A stretch of DNA of 64,000 nucleotides. Origin: Candidatus Bathyarchaeota archaeon. Its GTDB lineage: Archaea; Thermoproteota; Bathyarchaeia; Bathyarchaeales; Bathycorpusculaceae. This document shows positions 40,472-51,489 of this stretch, piece by piece. The stretch spans positions 64,001 through 128,000 of the forward strand of contig CAWEPZ010000002.1 in NCBI GenBank assembly GCA_963811105.1, in the 5' to 3' direction. Position 1 is the first letter of the stretch, and every line of letters begins with the position of its first letter. A program made the translations under genes and the position numbers. The notes below the pieces were generated by a model that ran no database searches, had not been told where the DNA came from, and was given only the letters and a program-made list of their open reading frames with translations.

Positions 40472-42034
40472 GTGAATATCGTGTCAGCCGATTTAGTGTT
40501 GCTTGAGGGGAAAGTTTTAACAATGAATCCACTTGCGCCTCTTGCCGAAGCTGTAGCTGTGAAAGGTGACAGAATTATTCAAGTTGGTTCAATTGAAGCT
40601 GTGAGCAAAAAAATTGGAAAAAGAACAAAAATTATTCGTCTAAATGGCAAAACGGTTATTCCAGGCATAATTGATACACACATTCATCTCGCTGATTTTG
40701 GCAGAATCCTAACTTGGCTAAACCTTGAACAAGTATCATCCATCAAAACACTGCAGTATTCCCTAAGACAACGCATAAAACAGACTTCAAAAGGCAAATG
40801 GATTATTGGACGAGGCTTGGATCAAAAACATTTTGCAGAAAAACGTTTGCCGACTCGGTTTGATCTCGACATTGTTTCTTCTGCTAACCCTGTAGTTTTG
40901 TATCATAAATCCGGGCAAGTTTGCGTTATTAACAGCCGTGCATCCGAAATAGTTGACGTTGCTAAACAGTCAGCCTCTACTATTGAAAAAAACCAAAAGG
41001 GTGAATTTACGGGTATTCTGCGAAATGAAGCCACTAACTTAGTGTGGAACGCAATTCCAGCCCCTGATGTAGAGGAATTGACTGCTGGAGCACGAATAGC
41101 CTGCAAAAAAATAGTTGAAGCAGGAATAACCAGCATACACTGGATAATTCTATCTCCAGTTGAGCTTTCCATTATCCAGAAATTGAATCAACAAAACAAG
41201 TTACCACTTAGGATTAACGTTATATCGCCTGTAACTCTTCTTGATGAAATCTCAGCTTTGAAGGAAAACTTCAAGCAGGACTGGTTAAGGTTTGGCGGCT
41301 TTGTTATTTTTGCGGACGGCTACCTATCTGCCCGAACTGCAGCGTTATTTGAGCCTTACAATGATTACCCCACAGAACAAGGACGGCTGCTTTTTTCAAC
41401 AGAAGAAATGGTCAAGTTAGCATTGAAGATAAGCAAAGCAGGTTTTCAACTAATCATTCATGCAGTTGGCGACAAGGCGGTGGATGCCGCTTTAAGTGTT
41501 ATCGAACAAACCCAACGCTTAGAAGCGGGCAAGGCTTTGCGTCCTCGCATTGAGCAGGCTGCCCTGCTAAACCAAAAATTGCTGGAGCGAATAAAAAAGG
41601 AGCAAGTAGTCGTTTCCGTCCAGCCCCGCGTCGTAGCCTCAGAGTTTTCAGTTTGGTCAGCCCTAAGCCATTTAGGAACTGAGAGGGGAAGTTGGCTTTT
41701 TCCATTGAAAACTTTGGTTGAAGCTGGCATCCGGGTTATCGGGGGTTCTGATTGCCCCATGGAACCTCTAAATCCGATGCTTGGAATTCAAGATGCTGTT
41801 AACAGACAATTTTTTGCTAAGGAGCAGGTAAGCATTGAAGAAGCTTTACGAATGTATACGATTGATGCTGCTTATTCTAGCTTTGAAGAAGACGTTAAAG
41901 GCTCAATTGAAGTGGGCAAGTTAGCGGACATAACTGTTCTTACAGGCAACCCGAAAACTTCCCATCCTAACAAAATAGGCGATATTGCTGTTGAAATAAC
42001 CATTGTAGGCGGGCGAGTGATTCATTCAAAATAA
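40472..42034 (+). CDS. YtcJ-like amidohydrolase (amidohydrolase 3 family)
   Basis: PG.IDTHIH, HAVGD, GSDCP, GSIE.GKLAD. Confidence 0.85.
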   Translation: MNIVSADLVLLEGKVLTMNPLAPLAEAVAVKGDRIIQVGSIEAVSKKIGKRTKIIRLNGKTVIPGIIDTHIHLADFGRILTWLNLEQVSSIKTLQYSLRQRIKQTSKGKWIIGRGLDQKHFAEKRLPTRFDLDIVSSANPVVLYHKSGQVCVINSRASEIVDVAKQSASTIEKNQKGEFTGILRNEATNLVWNAIPAPDVEELTAGARIACKKIVEAGITSIHWIILSPVELSIIQKLNQQNKLPLRINVISPVTLLDEISALKENFKQDWLRFGGFVIFADGYLSARTAALFEPYNDYPTEQGRLLFSTEEMVKLALKISKAGFQLIIHAVGDKAVDAALSVIEQTQRLEAGKALRPRIEQAALLNQKLLERIKKEQVVVSVQPRVVASEFSVWSALSHLGTERGSWLFPLKTLVEAGIRVIGGSDCPMEPLNPMLGIQDAVNRQFFAKEQVSIEEALRMYTIDAAYSSFEEDVKGSIEVGKLADITVLTGNPKTSHPNKIGDIAVEITIVGGRVIHSK

Positions 42035-42159
42035 ATATAAGCTGGATGACTTGAAATTTTTATATGCCACTGCCAAAGTGGTTCAGAGCTGAGGCATTAA
42101 ATTTATAAACTCGCCCAAACGATAATACTCTTATAATATAAAATTAAAAGGGATAAAAA

Positions 42160-42930
42160 TTGGAAACACAAAAATTTAGACTCATTGACATACTCTACGG
42201 CGTAATCATTCCACTCGTTCTAGTTCTACTTATCTTCCTTCTAGCAGTTTACGTAAACCCTGGCGGATCATACCACGTTCTCGGACTTACTGGTTTAACA
42301 GGTACCATCGGTGTCATTCTAACTCAGGGCTTTGCTCAAATGATCGTTCTCGGTGTTCCACTAGTACTAGGATTGCTCTGGAATAAATGGGCAGGCGGCG
42401 CAGCAGGCTTCATCATGGGAGGCGCTTATTATATGGCCAGCGCAGGGCTTTATAATGGATACTACGCTTATCTTGGCGTTGCTTATGCTAGTGATCCTAT
42501 ATACCACAACTTCTACGGCGACTTAAGCATGCTCTTCTACCTAGTAAATGCTGTCATCATCGGCTACATGGCAGGAGCATTAACAAACGGATCAACGAAT
42601 TTCAAACGAATGCTAGGCGCAGGCCTAACAGCTGCATCACTAACTGCAATAATACAAGTCTTCATGAACTACAACTACTCGCTTACATTTGCAGGTGCAT
42701 CTTCCACATCGGTATTGGACTATTCACCACGGAACATGGCTCATGGACTTTGGGCGGTTACAAATACAGGAATACACGTAAGTGGAGCATTCGTACCCTT
42801 CCAATATGACGTTGGGTCAATCTTGTACGGATTCACGTTAGCCTTCATACCAAGCATTGCCCTAGGCATAATCATACCAATCATTGCAAAAGTAATGATG
42901 TGGTATGGCATGCAGCCAATGAGGCATTAA
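42160..42930 (+). CDS. Membrane protein, ECF S-component-like
   Basis: About 6 TM helices; P...GL.W..WAG...GF.MG pattern. Confidence 0.5.
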   Translation: METQKFRLIDILYGVIIPLVLVLLIFLLAVYVNPGGSYHVLGLTGLTGTIGVILTQGFAQMIVLGVPLVLGLLWNKWAGGAAGFIMGGAYYMASAGLYNGYYAYLGVAYASDPIYHNFYGDLSMLFYLVNAVIIGYMAGALTNGSTNFKRMLGAGLTAASLTAIIQVFMNYNYSLTFAGASSTSVLDYSPRNMAHGLWAVTNTGIHVSGAFVPFQYDVGSILYGFTLAFIPSIALGIIIPIIAKVMMWYGMQPMRH

Positions 42931-43018
42931 TAAAATCCCCTTCTTCTTTCTTTTTTAGTTTCAGCTACCGAAAACTCTTGCGGTTGGCTCCATCAAAGAT
43001 TTTAGGCAAGAATAGTTT

Positions 43019-44407
43019 TTACTTGAACTTTGATTTAGCCGCTTTGGACAGATAGAAAAAATATTTTTTTGTCGCTGCGTAACCCGACGCGACACCTTTA
43101 TGCCACATACGAAGTACATAGCTTGGTCGCATATAGAAGCTTGCAAAAGCTTTCTGATAGAGCTCTTCTAAATCTTTAAGGCTCAACGTCGGCGTCTCAA
43201 AAATCGGAGTAGTTGCATCATAATCGTCAAAGTTAGTTACCCTTAACCAACCGTTTTTGATAACCATGTCATACATAGGTGTACCAGGATAAGGTGTTGC
43301 AATGTTGTAGTATGCGATTTCGTCTGGGCTAATTTTCTCCGCAAACTTTATGGTTTTCATAGCCGACTCTTTCGTTTCGCCTGGAAAACCAAGAAGCACG
43401 TTAGGCGTCGGTCTTAAACCAAGTTCCCTAACCCAACCAACAGTTCGCTCTGTCATTTCTGGCGAAATTCCCTTATGCATATTATCTAAAACTTTCTGTG
43501 TTCCTGACTCAACACCAAACCATACAGAAACACAGCCCGTATCCTTCATTTTCTGCAGAAGCTCCTTTGTAACCATGTCAACGCGGGTACCGCAATTCCA
43601 TTGAATCTTGAGCCCACGTTTTTTAATTTCATCGCATAAAGCGACAGTCCTCACTTGGTCAACGGTAAAGGCGTCATCACAGAAAGTGTAATATTTTGCA
43701 CCAAATGTCTTGTAAAGATACTCAAGCTCATCTGCAACGTTTTGAACGCTTCGCATGCGGTATCTTCTTCCAAACATGCGCACGGCAGCGCAGAATTCAC
43801 ACCAGTAAACGCAGCCTCGAGTCGTTGTTAAATAAAACATGTCTTCTGCTTTTCGGATTGCTTCAAGATCCCAAAGATGCCTCGCTGGAAACGGCAGCTC
43901 ATCAAGGTTCTCAATGTATGGTCTGTCCGGGTTTACTTTGAACCCATCGCCATTTCGGACGGTAGTGCCAATAACGTCTTCATAACTTTTACCAGTAGCT
44001 ATTCTCTGCACTATTTCCAGTAATGTATATTCCCCTTCTTTCCTAACAACAATATCCAGCTCGGGACATTCTTGCAGAGTTTTCTCATTCCAAAAAGTAA
44101 CGTGGGGACCCCCAAGAGCAGTTACACAGTTCGGATGCACTTCTTTGGCAATCTTAATAATTTCTTTAGCCGAATTATATAGACGTGTAGCCGCAGTAAC
44201 TCCGACAAGGTCGGGATTACGTTTGGCAATTTCCCGTCTAAAATCATCATATCTGTAATCTGAGGCTTGACAATCAATGACTTCAACGTCAAAACCGTTT
44301 TTTTCCAAAACCGCTGCAAGATAACCTACACCTAGCGGTGGAAAAGGTGGATGTTGATGCGGTTTAGTACGATACGGTGGAACAACAAGAGTTACATTGA
44401 GCCCCAT
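43019..44407 (-). CDS. Cobalamin-binding radical SAM protein
   Basis: PPLG..YLAA.L, GGPH, RGCVYWCEFC, FGVESG, TPYPGT. Confidence 0.9.
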   Translation of the reverse strand: MGLNVTLVVPPYRTKPHQHPPFPPLGVGYLAAVLEKNGFDVEVIDCQASDYRYDDFRREIAKRNPDLVGVTAATRLYNSAKEIIKIAKEVHPNCVTALGGPHVTFWNEKTLQECPELDIVVRKEGEYTLLEIVQRIATGKSYEDVIGTTVRNGDGFKVNPDRPYIENLDELPFPARHLWDLEAIRKAEDMFYLTTTRGCVYWCEFCAAVRMFGRRYRMRSVQNVADELEYLYKTFGAKYYTFCDDAFTVDQVRTVALCDEIKKRGLKIQWNCGTRVDMVTKELLQKMKDTGCVSVWFGVESGTQKVLDNMHKGISPEMTERTVGWVRELGLRPTPNVLLGFPGETKESAMKTIKFAEKISPDEIAYYNIATPYPGTPMYDMVIKNGWLRVTNFDDYDATTPIFETPTLSLKDLEELYQKAFASFYMRPSYVLRMWHKGVASGYAATKKYFFYLSKAAKSKFK

Positions 44408-44514
44408 TATTCTCTTTCCTAAAGCTTTTTATCTTCCGCAAATACAGAGCGCCAAATCTTTAAAGCTTTCGAAAATGCACCAACCCAACGCTCAAAGAGC
44501 AGAATTTGTGGAAA

Positions 44515-45516
44515 TTAAAGTGGCAATCCCCAAAAGAATGGCCAGTAAAGCCCAACTACCACAATTATGGGCAAAACCAAGAGAATACAAAGTATTATAG
44601 ATAAGTCACGAATTTTTAAGGAGCGCAAAATCTTGTCTGCCGAAATTACTTCAATGGTGTCTCCGACAGTGTATCTTCCAGGCTTTTCCAACTGCACGTG
44701 CAAGGCACCTGCGATAGCTGCCATTTGCCATCCATGGTTTCTGCTTTGCACTCGTTTGTGGTCTCGGCGTGCGATTTTCCAAGCGTTTTTGTAATCGTCG
44801 CCTAAAATTGCCGCAGAAATAATCATTAGTGCCGTTGTAAATCGTGATGGAACGTAATTGATTATTGTGTCCAAGTTAGCAGAGAACCAACCCGTATTCA
44901 GATGCTCTTTATCTTTGAAACCAACCATACCATCCAATGTATTAACCGCGCGAAAAGCCACAGCGCCCGGCAAACCAAAAAAAGCAAAATAGATAAATGG
45001 CGATAGTTTAAAGTCAGTCAGGTTTTCAACCATTGATTCTATGACGGCTGAACCGATTTGTGGACCTGTTAGTAGGCTGGGGTCTCTGCGTGAGAAGTGA
45101 GCGTATTTTCTTGCCTCTGCTAAGTCGTTGTTTTGGATTGCTTTGGCAACTGCGACGGCACCGGCGGTTTCCAGCTTTATGCAGATTGTAAACTTGAAAA
45201 TTATTGTTGCAACAATTACATATGCGATTGCACCGAGAAATATGAATAGATATTTTAGCCCCAAATAGACTGGCACACTGATTGCTGCCATAACTATTAG
45301 AGCTAAGAAGACGCCTCCAATTTTTTCTATTTTTGCGTTGGCATTCTTGAAGTGGGGTTCTAAGGCTTCAGTTAATTTGCCAAGCCAAACGGTTGGATGT
45401 AGGTTGTAGATACGTTTCCAAGGCTTCCAGGGTGAAATGTCGCCGACAAATAAATCTAGAATTATGGCTGAAAGCAGTATGCTTATTCCTATTATCACAG
45501 GTGAGACTGTAATCAT
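44515..45516 (-). CDS. cbiB: Adenosylcobinamide-phosphate synthase CbiB
   Basis: D...GD......HP..W.G, RD...L....I..A.IES..EN, RAVNTLD.MVG, LD...NY.P.R, N.GW..AA.AGAL; start probably ATG 45516. Confidence 0.88.
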   Translation of the reverse strand: MITVSPVIIGISILLSAIILDLFVGDISPWKPWKRIYNLHPTVWLGKLTEALEPHFKNANAKIEKIGGVFLALIVMAAISVPVYLGLKYLFIFLGAIAYVIVATIIFKFTICIKLETAGAVAVAKAIQNNDLAEARKYAHFSRRDPSLLTGPQIGSAVIESMVENLTDFKLSPFIYFAFFGLPGAVAFRAVNTLDGMVGFKDKEHLNTGWFSANLDTIINYVPSRFTTALMIISAAILGDDYKNAWKIARRDHKRVQSRNHGWQMAAIAGALHVQLEKPGRYTVGDTIEVISADKILRSLKIRDLSIILCILLVLPIIVVVGLYWPFFWGLPL

Positions 45517-45728
45517 TGTAAACGTAAACTTCTTTTGGAAATTTATCCCTATCGATAACTTTCCAATAACTGGAGTCTTAGCAGCGTTGGCAGTGTCAAG
45601 CAATATGTCAATCTTTGTCATCAGTGGGCACTTTCCACTCACTGTTATAAGCTAATCCCGTGAAATCAATGTAATAGAGAAAAAGCAATTCTACAACAGC
45701 TTCTCTAAAAATTAAGGAGAAAAACAAG

Positions 45729-48269
45729 ATGAATAAAAGAAAGACTACAATAGCTACAGCAATAGTTTTAGCGTTACTAATGACGTCGCTAATACCATTG
45801 TCAAGCACAATACAACCAGTCAAAGCTCAACTATCCAAAACACAACCAAATTCTGGACCAATTCCAGCCGGAGTAACTCCCAATGCAACGGTGACAAGCG
45901 GAGCTTATCTCAGCTTTAGACCAAATCCTGTAGGTTTAGGTCAGTCAGTCTTGGTTAACATGTGGATCACGCCAGCCCCTGAAGCCATGAGAATGTTCCT
46001 AGATTTCAAAGTCACAATCACAAAACCTGATGCCACCGTAGAGACCCGAACACTTAATTCATATACTGACGACGGAACAGCCTGGTTTGAGTATACACCC
46101 GACCAAACTGGAACATGGAAATTCAAGTTTGATTTTCCTGGAACATTCTTCCCAGCAGGTAACTACTTGAGCGGATATATCGTAGCTAATTCCTCAGGCA
46201 CCGCTTACACAGGCACAAACTATTACACACCCGCATCAACTCCAGAACAAACGCTGACAGTACAGAAAGATTTGGTGGCTTCCTGGCCTCAAGCAGCATT
46301 ACCAACTGACTACTGGAATAGACCAATAAACACTGAAAACAGAGAATGGTGGGTCATAGGTGGAGACTTTCCATGGCGAGGTCCGGGAGGCGGCCCAACA
46401 TGGGATCAACTCTATCCGAACACAACTCCCTACTGGAGCACTAGTTATGCTTTTATACCATGGGTTCAGGGACCTAACAGTGCACACATTGTTTGGAAAC
46501 GCCAAGGAGCATTCGGAGGATTAATAGGCGGAGACAACGGCTACACATCCTATACTTCAGGCGGCGGTAACCCGAATATTGTTTTTCAAGGAAGATGCTA
46601 TCAATCAATCACGAAGGTAATGCCTACTACAGTTAACGGCTCTGTTCTAACTATGCCTGTAAGCGTTTGGCAATGCTATGATTTGCGGACTGGAGAAATT
46701 TTCTGGGAGCAAACAGGCGTTAGCGCGCCAACAGTAATAGAGTACTCCAAAGGCTCAGCAGGACCGGTAGCTGGCTCTGAATTCGGGATCAGTGCAAGTG
46801 CAAGCCTGGTATTCATTGGCAGCAGCAGGCTCATAAAATACAACCCCTTCACCGGAGCTGTCACCCTGAACATTTCAATCCCAGTATCATCAGCAACCTA
46901 CTACATGAACGGATACGCCTTCAGTGTGCAAACCATCAATGCCACGGCAAGTCAATACCGTTTAGTAAACTGGACAACTCAAGGAACGGACACTAACTTT
47001 GCAAATAGGATTGCAGGCAACGTTTCATGCTCCTACAGCCTTTCTGCTGACACGACGTGGGATTGGAATAGCGGCGTAGCAATTTGGACACGCACTTCAC
47101 GTGTAGCGCAAGCGCGAGTTGGAACAGCATTAACAGCGGTTAACCTCGAAACTGGTCAAATGCTATGGGACAAAATTATTCCCGAATACATGTACAACCC
47201 TATTTGCAACCTTATCGACCATGGTAAGCTCGCAGTTCTAACTGCATTGGGATATTACAACTTCTATGACGAGTTTTCAGGTCAATTACTAGGCAAAAGT
47301 GACTTATTCCCGTATCCATGGGACAAACCTGGCTTCGGAGCTTACGATTCAACTTCAGCCTACGGCATGTTCTTCCGAAACGCGTATTCAGCGATATATG
47401 CAGTCGATTGGCAAACCGGCAAAATAGTCTGGAAATACGAATCACCAAACAATCCTTATGAAACTCCATATACTGACGCGAATGGTACAGGTGTAAGTTC
47501 TTGGAACGGTGCCATTATGGTTGCTGACGGAAAAGTTTACGCTTCAAACACTGAACACACACCGAGCCAGCCAATCACCAGAGGCTGGAGACTCCACTGC
47601 ATCAATGCAACAACTGGCCAAGGAATATGGAATATAAGCGGCTCAATGGGAGTCGGCGCTGTTTCTGACGGCTATTTCACCGCATCTAACTCTTATGATG
47701 GGTACATGTACGTTTTCGGCAAAGGCAAGACCACCACAACCGTAACTGCACCTAATATTGTAGTGCAAAAGGGAACAGGCATCGTAATTCAAGGCACAAT
47801 TCTCGATATTTCACCCGCTCAACCAGGCACCCCAGCAGTCTCAAAAGACTCAATGAGTACAGAGATGCAATACCTCCATATGCAATACCCTATCGACGGA
47901 ATCTGGCATAACGAATCAATAACTGGAGTTCCAGTGACCTTAACCGCACTTGATTCTAACGGCAACTCTGAAAACATTGGAACAGTTACAACAGACGGAT
48001 ATTACGGCACTTTCAGCAAGACCTGGACTCCACCAATCGAAGGAGACTACAAGATTATCGCTTCTTTCGCAGGAGACGATTCCTATGGCAGCTCGTCTGC
48101 AGCAACCACTATTTCAGTCGGCACAGCAGCGGCAACACCAACCGCAACATCAGCTCCAGTTCAAGCAGCACAAGACACCACACCTCTTATGGCTGCAACA
48201 TTTGGAATAATAATAGCAATCGCAGTAGCCACTGCATTGATACTTCTGACGTTAAGAAGACGATCATAG
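45729..48269 (+). CDS. Large surface protein with Ig-like and PQQ-like beta-propeller domains and a C-terminal TM anchor
   Basis: Signal peptide, PNPVG.GQ, TG...W repeats, YDG.MY.FGKG, TM followed by RRRS. Confidence 0.8.
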   Translation: MNKRKTTIATAIVLALLMTSLIPLSSTIQPVKAQLSKTQPNSGPIPAGVTPNATVTSGAYLSFRPNPVGLGQSVLVNMWITPAPEAMRMFLDFKVTITKPDATVETRTLNSYTDDGTAWFEYTPDQTGTWKFKFDFPGTFFPAGNYLSGYIVANSSGTAYTGTNYYTPASTPEQTLTVQKDLVASWPQAALPTDYWNRPINTENREWWVIGGDFPWRGPGGGPTWDQLYPNTTPYWSTSYAFIPWVQGPNSAHIVWKRQGAFGGLIGGDNGYTSYTSGGGNPNIVFQGRCYQSITKVMPTTVNGSVLTMPVSVWQCYDLRTGEIFWEQTGVSAPTVIEYSKGSAGPVAGSEFGISASASLVFIGSSRLIKYNPFTGAVTLNISIPVSSATYYMNGYAFSVQTINATASQYRLVNWTTQGTDTNFANRIAGNVSCSYSLSADTTWDWNSGVAIWTRTSRVAQARVGTALTAVNLETGQMLWDKIIPEYMYNPICNLIDHGKLAVLTALGYYNFYDEFSGQLLGKSDLFPYPWDKPGFGAYDSTSAYGMFFRNAYSAIYAVDWQTGKIVWKYESPNNPYETPYTDANGTGVSSWNGAIMVADGKVYASNTEHTPSQPITRGWRLHCINATTGQGIWNISGSMGVGAVSDGYFTASNSYDGYMYVFGKGKTTTTVTAPNIVVQKGTGIVIQGTILDISPAQPGTPAVSKDSMSTEMQYLHMQYPIDGIWHNESITGVPVTLTALDSNGNSENIGTVTTDGYYGTFSKTWTPPIEGDYKIIASFAGDDSYGSSSAATTISVGTAAATPTATSAPVQAAQDTTPLMAATFGIIIAIAVATALILLTLRRRS

Positions 48270-48439
48270 ACTTTCCAACAAGAATCTCACTATCCCTTTT
48301 TATTTTTTTCAGCTTCAAATTCTATTTCTATCTCCATTTGTTTGTTGCTATTAGCTTTCAATCTAGCCGTACATTCTTATATGCACCAGAAACAAATACA
48401 AAGACAAACCAAAAACCCAAACCACGGTGACAGCCAAAA

Positions 48440-49090
48440 ATGTCTAACGTAGTTGTCTCATTATCAGGCGGAAAAGACTCAGTTTATGCTTTATACACTG
48501 CATTAAGAGAAGGATTAAACGTAACTCACCTGATGTTCATAATGACTGGCGGCAAGGGGCACTTAGAAAACAAATCGATGCTTAAGCTGGTTTCGGAAGC
48601 CATTGGCATACCCTCAATCGTAGTTGGCAGAAAACCAGATGACATAAGAAAAGCCCTTAAAAAAATCAACGCCGACATGTTGGTTTCTGGTGTCATGACT
48701 ACTCCCGAGCACCTGGAATACTACAAAGAAATTCTTGACCCTATCAACGTTAAGCAGTACGCGCCTCTTTTTGGCAAAAACCCATTGGTTTCACTAGCTG
48801 AGATGCAGCAATTAGGATTCCATAATCTTATCATCGAAATTGACGCCGCGTTGGGGTCAAACAAGAACTGGCTTGGACGGGAAATTGACCAAGGAGTAAT
48901 AGATGAAATCACCGAGTTGGTGAATAATAAGAAGATGAACCCAATAGGTGAATGGGGCGAATACCACACAATCGTCGTTGACAGCCCAATCTACAAGAAA
49001 AAAATCCAAGTTGAAAAATCCAAAACTGCCTGGAAAGGCACCAAAGGGTACTTTATAATCAAAAAAGCATCTCTGCAACCAAAGAATTAA
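48440..49090 (+). CDS. Diphthamide-synthase-family (Dph6-like) PP-loop ATPase
   Basis: SGGKDS, GE.GEYHT.V.D.P. Confidence 0.8.
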   Translation: MSNVVVSLSGGKDSVYALYTALREGLNVTHLMFIMTGGKGHLENKSMLKLVSEAIGIPSIVVGRKPDDIRKALKKINADMLVSGVMTTPEHLEYYKEILDPINVKQYAPLFGKNPLVSLAEMQQLGFHNLIIEIDAALGSNKNWLGREIDQGVIDEITELVNNKKMNPIGEWGEYHTIVVDSPIYKKKIQVEKSKTAWKGTKGYFIIKKASLQPKN

Positions 49091-49179
49091 AGACAAATTC
49101 TATTCTCTTTTCTTACCTCACTCTAATCTGCACAAAGTTTTTTAGAATGTATTCGTCTTAAAAAACGAAGGCTTCTATT

Positions 49180-49818
49180 ATGAATAAAAAACTGATTGTG
49201 GTAGTGTTTTCGATCTTTCTGATGTTAAGCTTAATTGGCATTGCATCCGCCCAATTGACCGTTGGCGTGAAAGCAGGTGATTGGATTCAATATCAAGTTT
49301 CCTTCACCGGCACGCCTCCCGATCCCAGTCACTCTGTAGTTAGCGCAAACATGACCGTCTTGGGCGTTCAAGGAACAGCAATAAATGTCAACATTATTTC
49401 AACATTGTCAAACGGCACCCAACTCTCAACCGACTCTACACTTAACTTGCAAACTGGACAGTTAATCGATAATTTCATCATTCCAGCTAACTTAGCAAAA
49501 GGTGACCAATTCTACGATTCAAACGTGGGTAACATAACAATTGCAAACGTTTATGAGGGGACGTACGCAGGCGCAACAAGAACAGTTGTTAACGCCACAA
49601 GCGGCAGTAACACCTACGTGTGGGATCAAACAACAGGCATCGATGTTGAAGGCTTCTCAAGCGGCACAAATTACACAATGCATACTTTAGTTGTTGCAAC
49701 TAATATTTGGCAATCACAAGTTCCAGAATTCAACACAACAATCATTGGCTCAATTACCATCATTGGAGCAATTGCTGTCGTAACAGTGGCAGTCGTCTTA
49801 ACACGCAAAAGAAAATAA
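49180..49818 (+). CDS. Secreted protein with a PEF-CTERM-like anchor
   Basis: Signal peptide, GVK.GDW..Y, WD..TG, then VPEF + TM + RKRK. Confidence 0.7.
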   Translation: MNKKLIVVVFSIFLMLSLIGIASAQLTVGVKAGDWIQYQVSFTGTPPDPSHSVVSANMTVLGVQGTAINVNIISTLSNGTQLSTDSTLNLQTGQLIDNFIIPANLAKGDQFYDSNVGNITIANVYEGTYAGATRTVVNATSGSNTYVWDQTTGIDVEGFSSGTNYTMHTLVVATNIWQSQVPEFNTTIIGSITIIGAIAVVTVAVVLTRKRK

Positions 49819-49902
49819 TCAAAAAAATCATTCCACCCTTTTATTTCAAGCAGTTAAAGTTTGAAAATTGCAGCAAATTTTACTTACAAAACAGGTTTAG
49901 CA

Positions 49903-51378
49903 TTACTTTAACTGTTTAGCTTTCGCCCTTTGTCTTTTGAAGAGAATTCCTACCGCATTCTTAGGATTACGCATAGCCCTCAAAACTCGGTCACGAGTCA
50001 CCGTTGGGTTAACCAAATTCGCTTCTGCAGCTAAACACCGCAAGTCATCAACTGTGAACTCTGGGGTTTCGATTAGCGGCTGCACTTCAGAAAGCGCATC
50101 ATCGCTGAAGTCAGAAACTAAAAAGCCACCTTCTTTGGCTTGCCTATAAAGTTCAGTGCCGTAGAGTGGCGTAGCATAGCTGAAATAGAAGTATTCAGCC
50201 CCCAACCCCCGAAGTTTATGAGCGAACTTGATTGTCTCGGTCATATCCTTTTTTGTTTCACCAATCATGCCCAAAATAAAAAAGCAACCGACTTTAATGC
50301 CCAACTTATGCGCTGCGCGCACAACTTCTTCTACTTGTTGTAGGCTCTGTTTCTTCTTGATAACATCGTCAACAATGTGTTGGACACCGGATTCAGGAGC
50401 GACCAAAATCTTCTGGCAGCCAGCAGCCCGCATTTTCGCCAAAAGCTCAGCATCAAGCGAATCCGCCCTGACACCGTTTGGCGTACACCATTCAATATGA
50501 AGGAGTTTCTGCACCAGCAGGTCACAGATGGTTTCTAGACGTTTCCTATCAAATGCTATGTTATCATCCAAAAAATCAATCTGCTTAATACCATAAGTTC
50601 TGACAATTTGCTCAATCTCAGCAACCACGTTTTCGGCGCTTCTTGCACGCCACTTCCTGCCCATCACGATATTGTTTGAGCAGAAAATACACCCATAAGG
50701 GCAACCACGACTTGTAAGCATTCGTATAGACGGTTTCTTTAGGTTGCCGCTGATTGGAATTTTTTTTGCCGCTTCAAAAAACTGCTTCATAGGCAATAGA
50801 TGCCTAGCCGGGAAAGGTAAGACGTCTAAGTCCTCAATAAATGGTCTTGGTGCTGTAATAGTAATTTTTCCATTTTGGATAAACCCGATTCCCTTCACTT
50901 GCGCCAAATCAGCAGCGTTGATCTTCTCAAGTGCGTTTGCTAACTCAGCCACTGTCAACTCAGGCTCGCCGATTACGACATAATCAACATTTTCTTGTTT
51001 AAGGCATTCGTTAGGTCTAGCAGAAGCGTGTAATCCGAAAAGTGCAACCTTAATTTCGCGGTCAACGCTTTTCACCGTAGCTGCAACTTCGAAAGCTGCA
51101 GTTGCCCAACCTGAAAATGGGACTGAAATCAAAACGAGCCTAGGGCCAAAGTTCTTGATCCGCTCAACTATAATCTCGCTCTTAAGCCCTTGACGATATT
51201 TTGACCCGCTAATTTCCTCCAGCAGATTCCACCCTTCATTTGGTACGTCAATAACTAGTACTTCCTGTTGCTTCTCAAGAACGGCAGCTACATATGCCAA
51301 GTCCATGGGTTGGTAAACGCTTGGTTTCCCCCAAGCTTTGGGTTGAATTCTTGGCGGATTAATGAGGCAAACACGCAT
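49903..51378 (-). CDS. Cobalamin-binding radical SAM protein
   Basis: P..LAY.AA.L, TSRGCPYGCIFC, PESG, ATPLYGT. Confidence 0.9.
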   Translation of the reverse strand: MRVCLINPPRIQPKAWGKPSVYQPMDLAYVAAVLEKQQEVLVIDVPNEGWNLLEEISGSKYRQGLKSEIIVERIKNFGPRLVLISVPFSGWATAAFEVAATVKSVDREIKVALFGLHASARPNECLKQENVDYVVIGEPELTVAELANALEKINAADLAQVKGIGFIQNGKITITAPRPFIEDLDVLPFPARHLLPMKQFFEAAKKIPISGNLKKPSIRMLTSRGCPYGCIFCSNNIVMGRKWRARSAENVVAEIEQIVRTYGIKQIDFLDDNIAFDRKRLETICDLLVQKLLHIEWCTPNGVRADSLDAELLAKMRAAGCQKILVAPESGVQHIVDDVIKKKQSLQQVEEVVRAAHKLGIKVGCFFILGMIGETKKDMTETIKFAHKLRGLGAEYFYFSYATPLYGTELYRQAKEGGFLVSDFSDDALSEVQPLIETPEFTVDDLRCLAAEANLVNPTVTRDRVLRAMRNPKNAVGILFKRQRAKAKQLK

Positions 51379-51489
51379 GTTAATTACCGAAATACTCTTT
51401 GGCTTTCAACTAGGGTTGAGTCTTTCTGAAATACCTTTAGTAAATAAAGTCACGGTTGTTTTTAGGGATAAAAAAGCAGTTCAAAAAGC

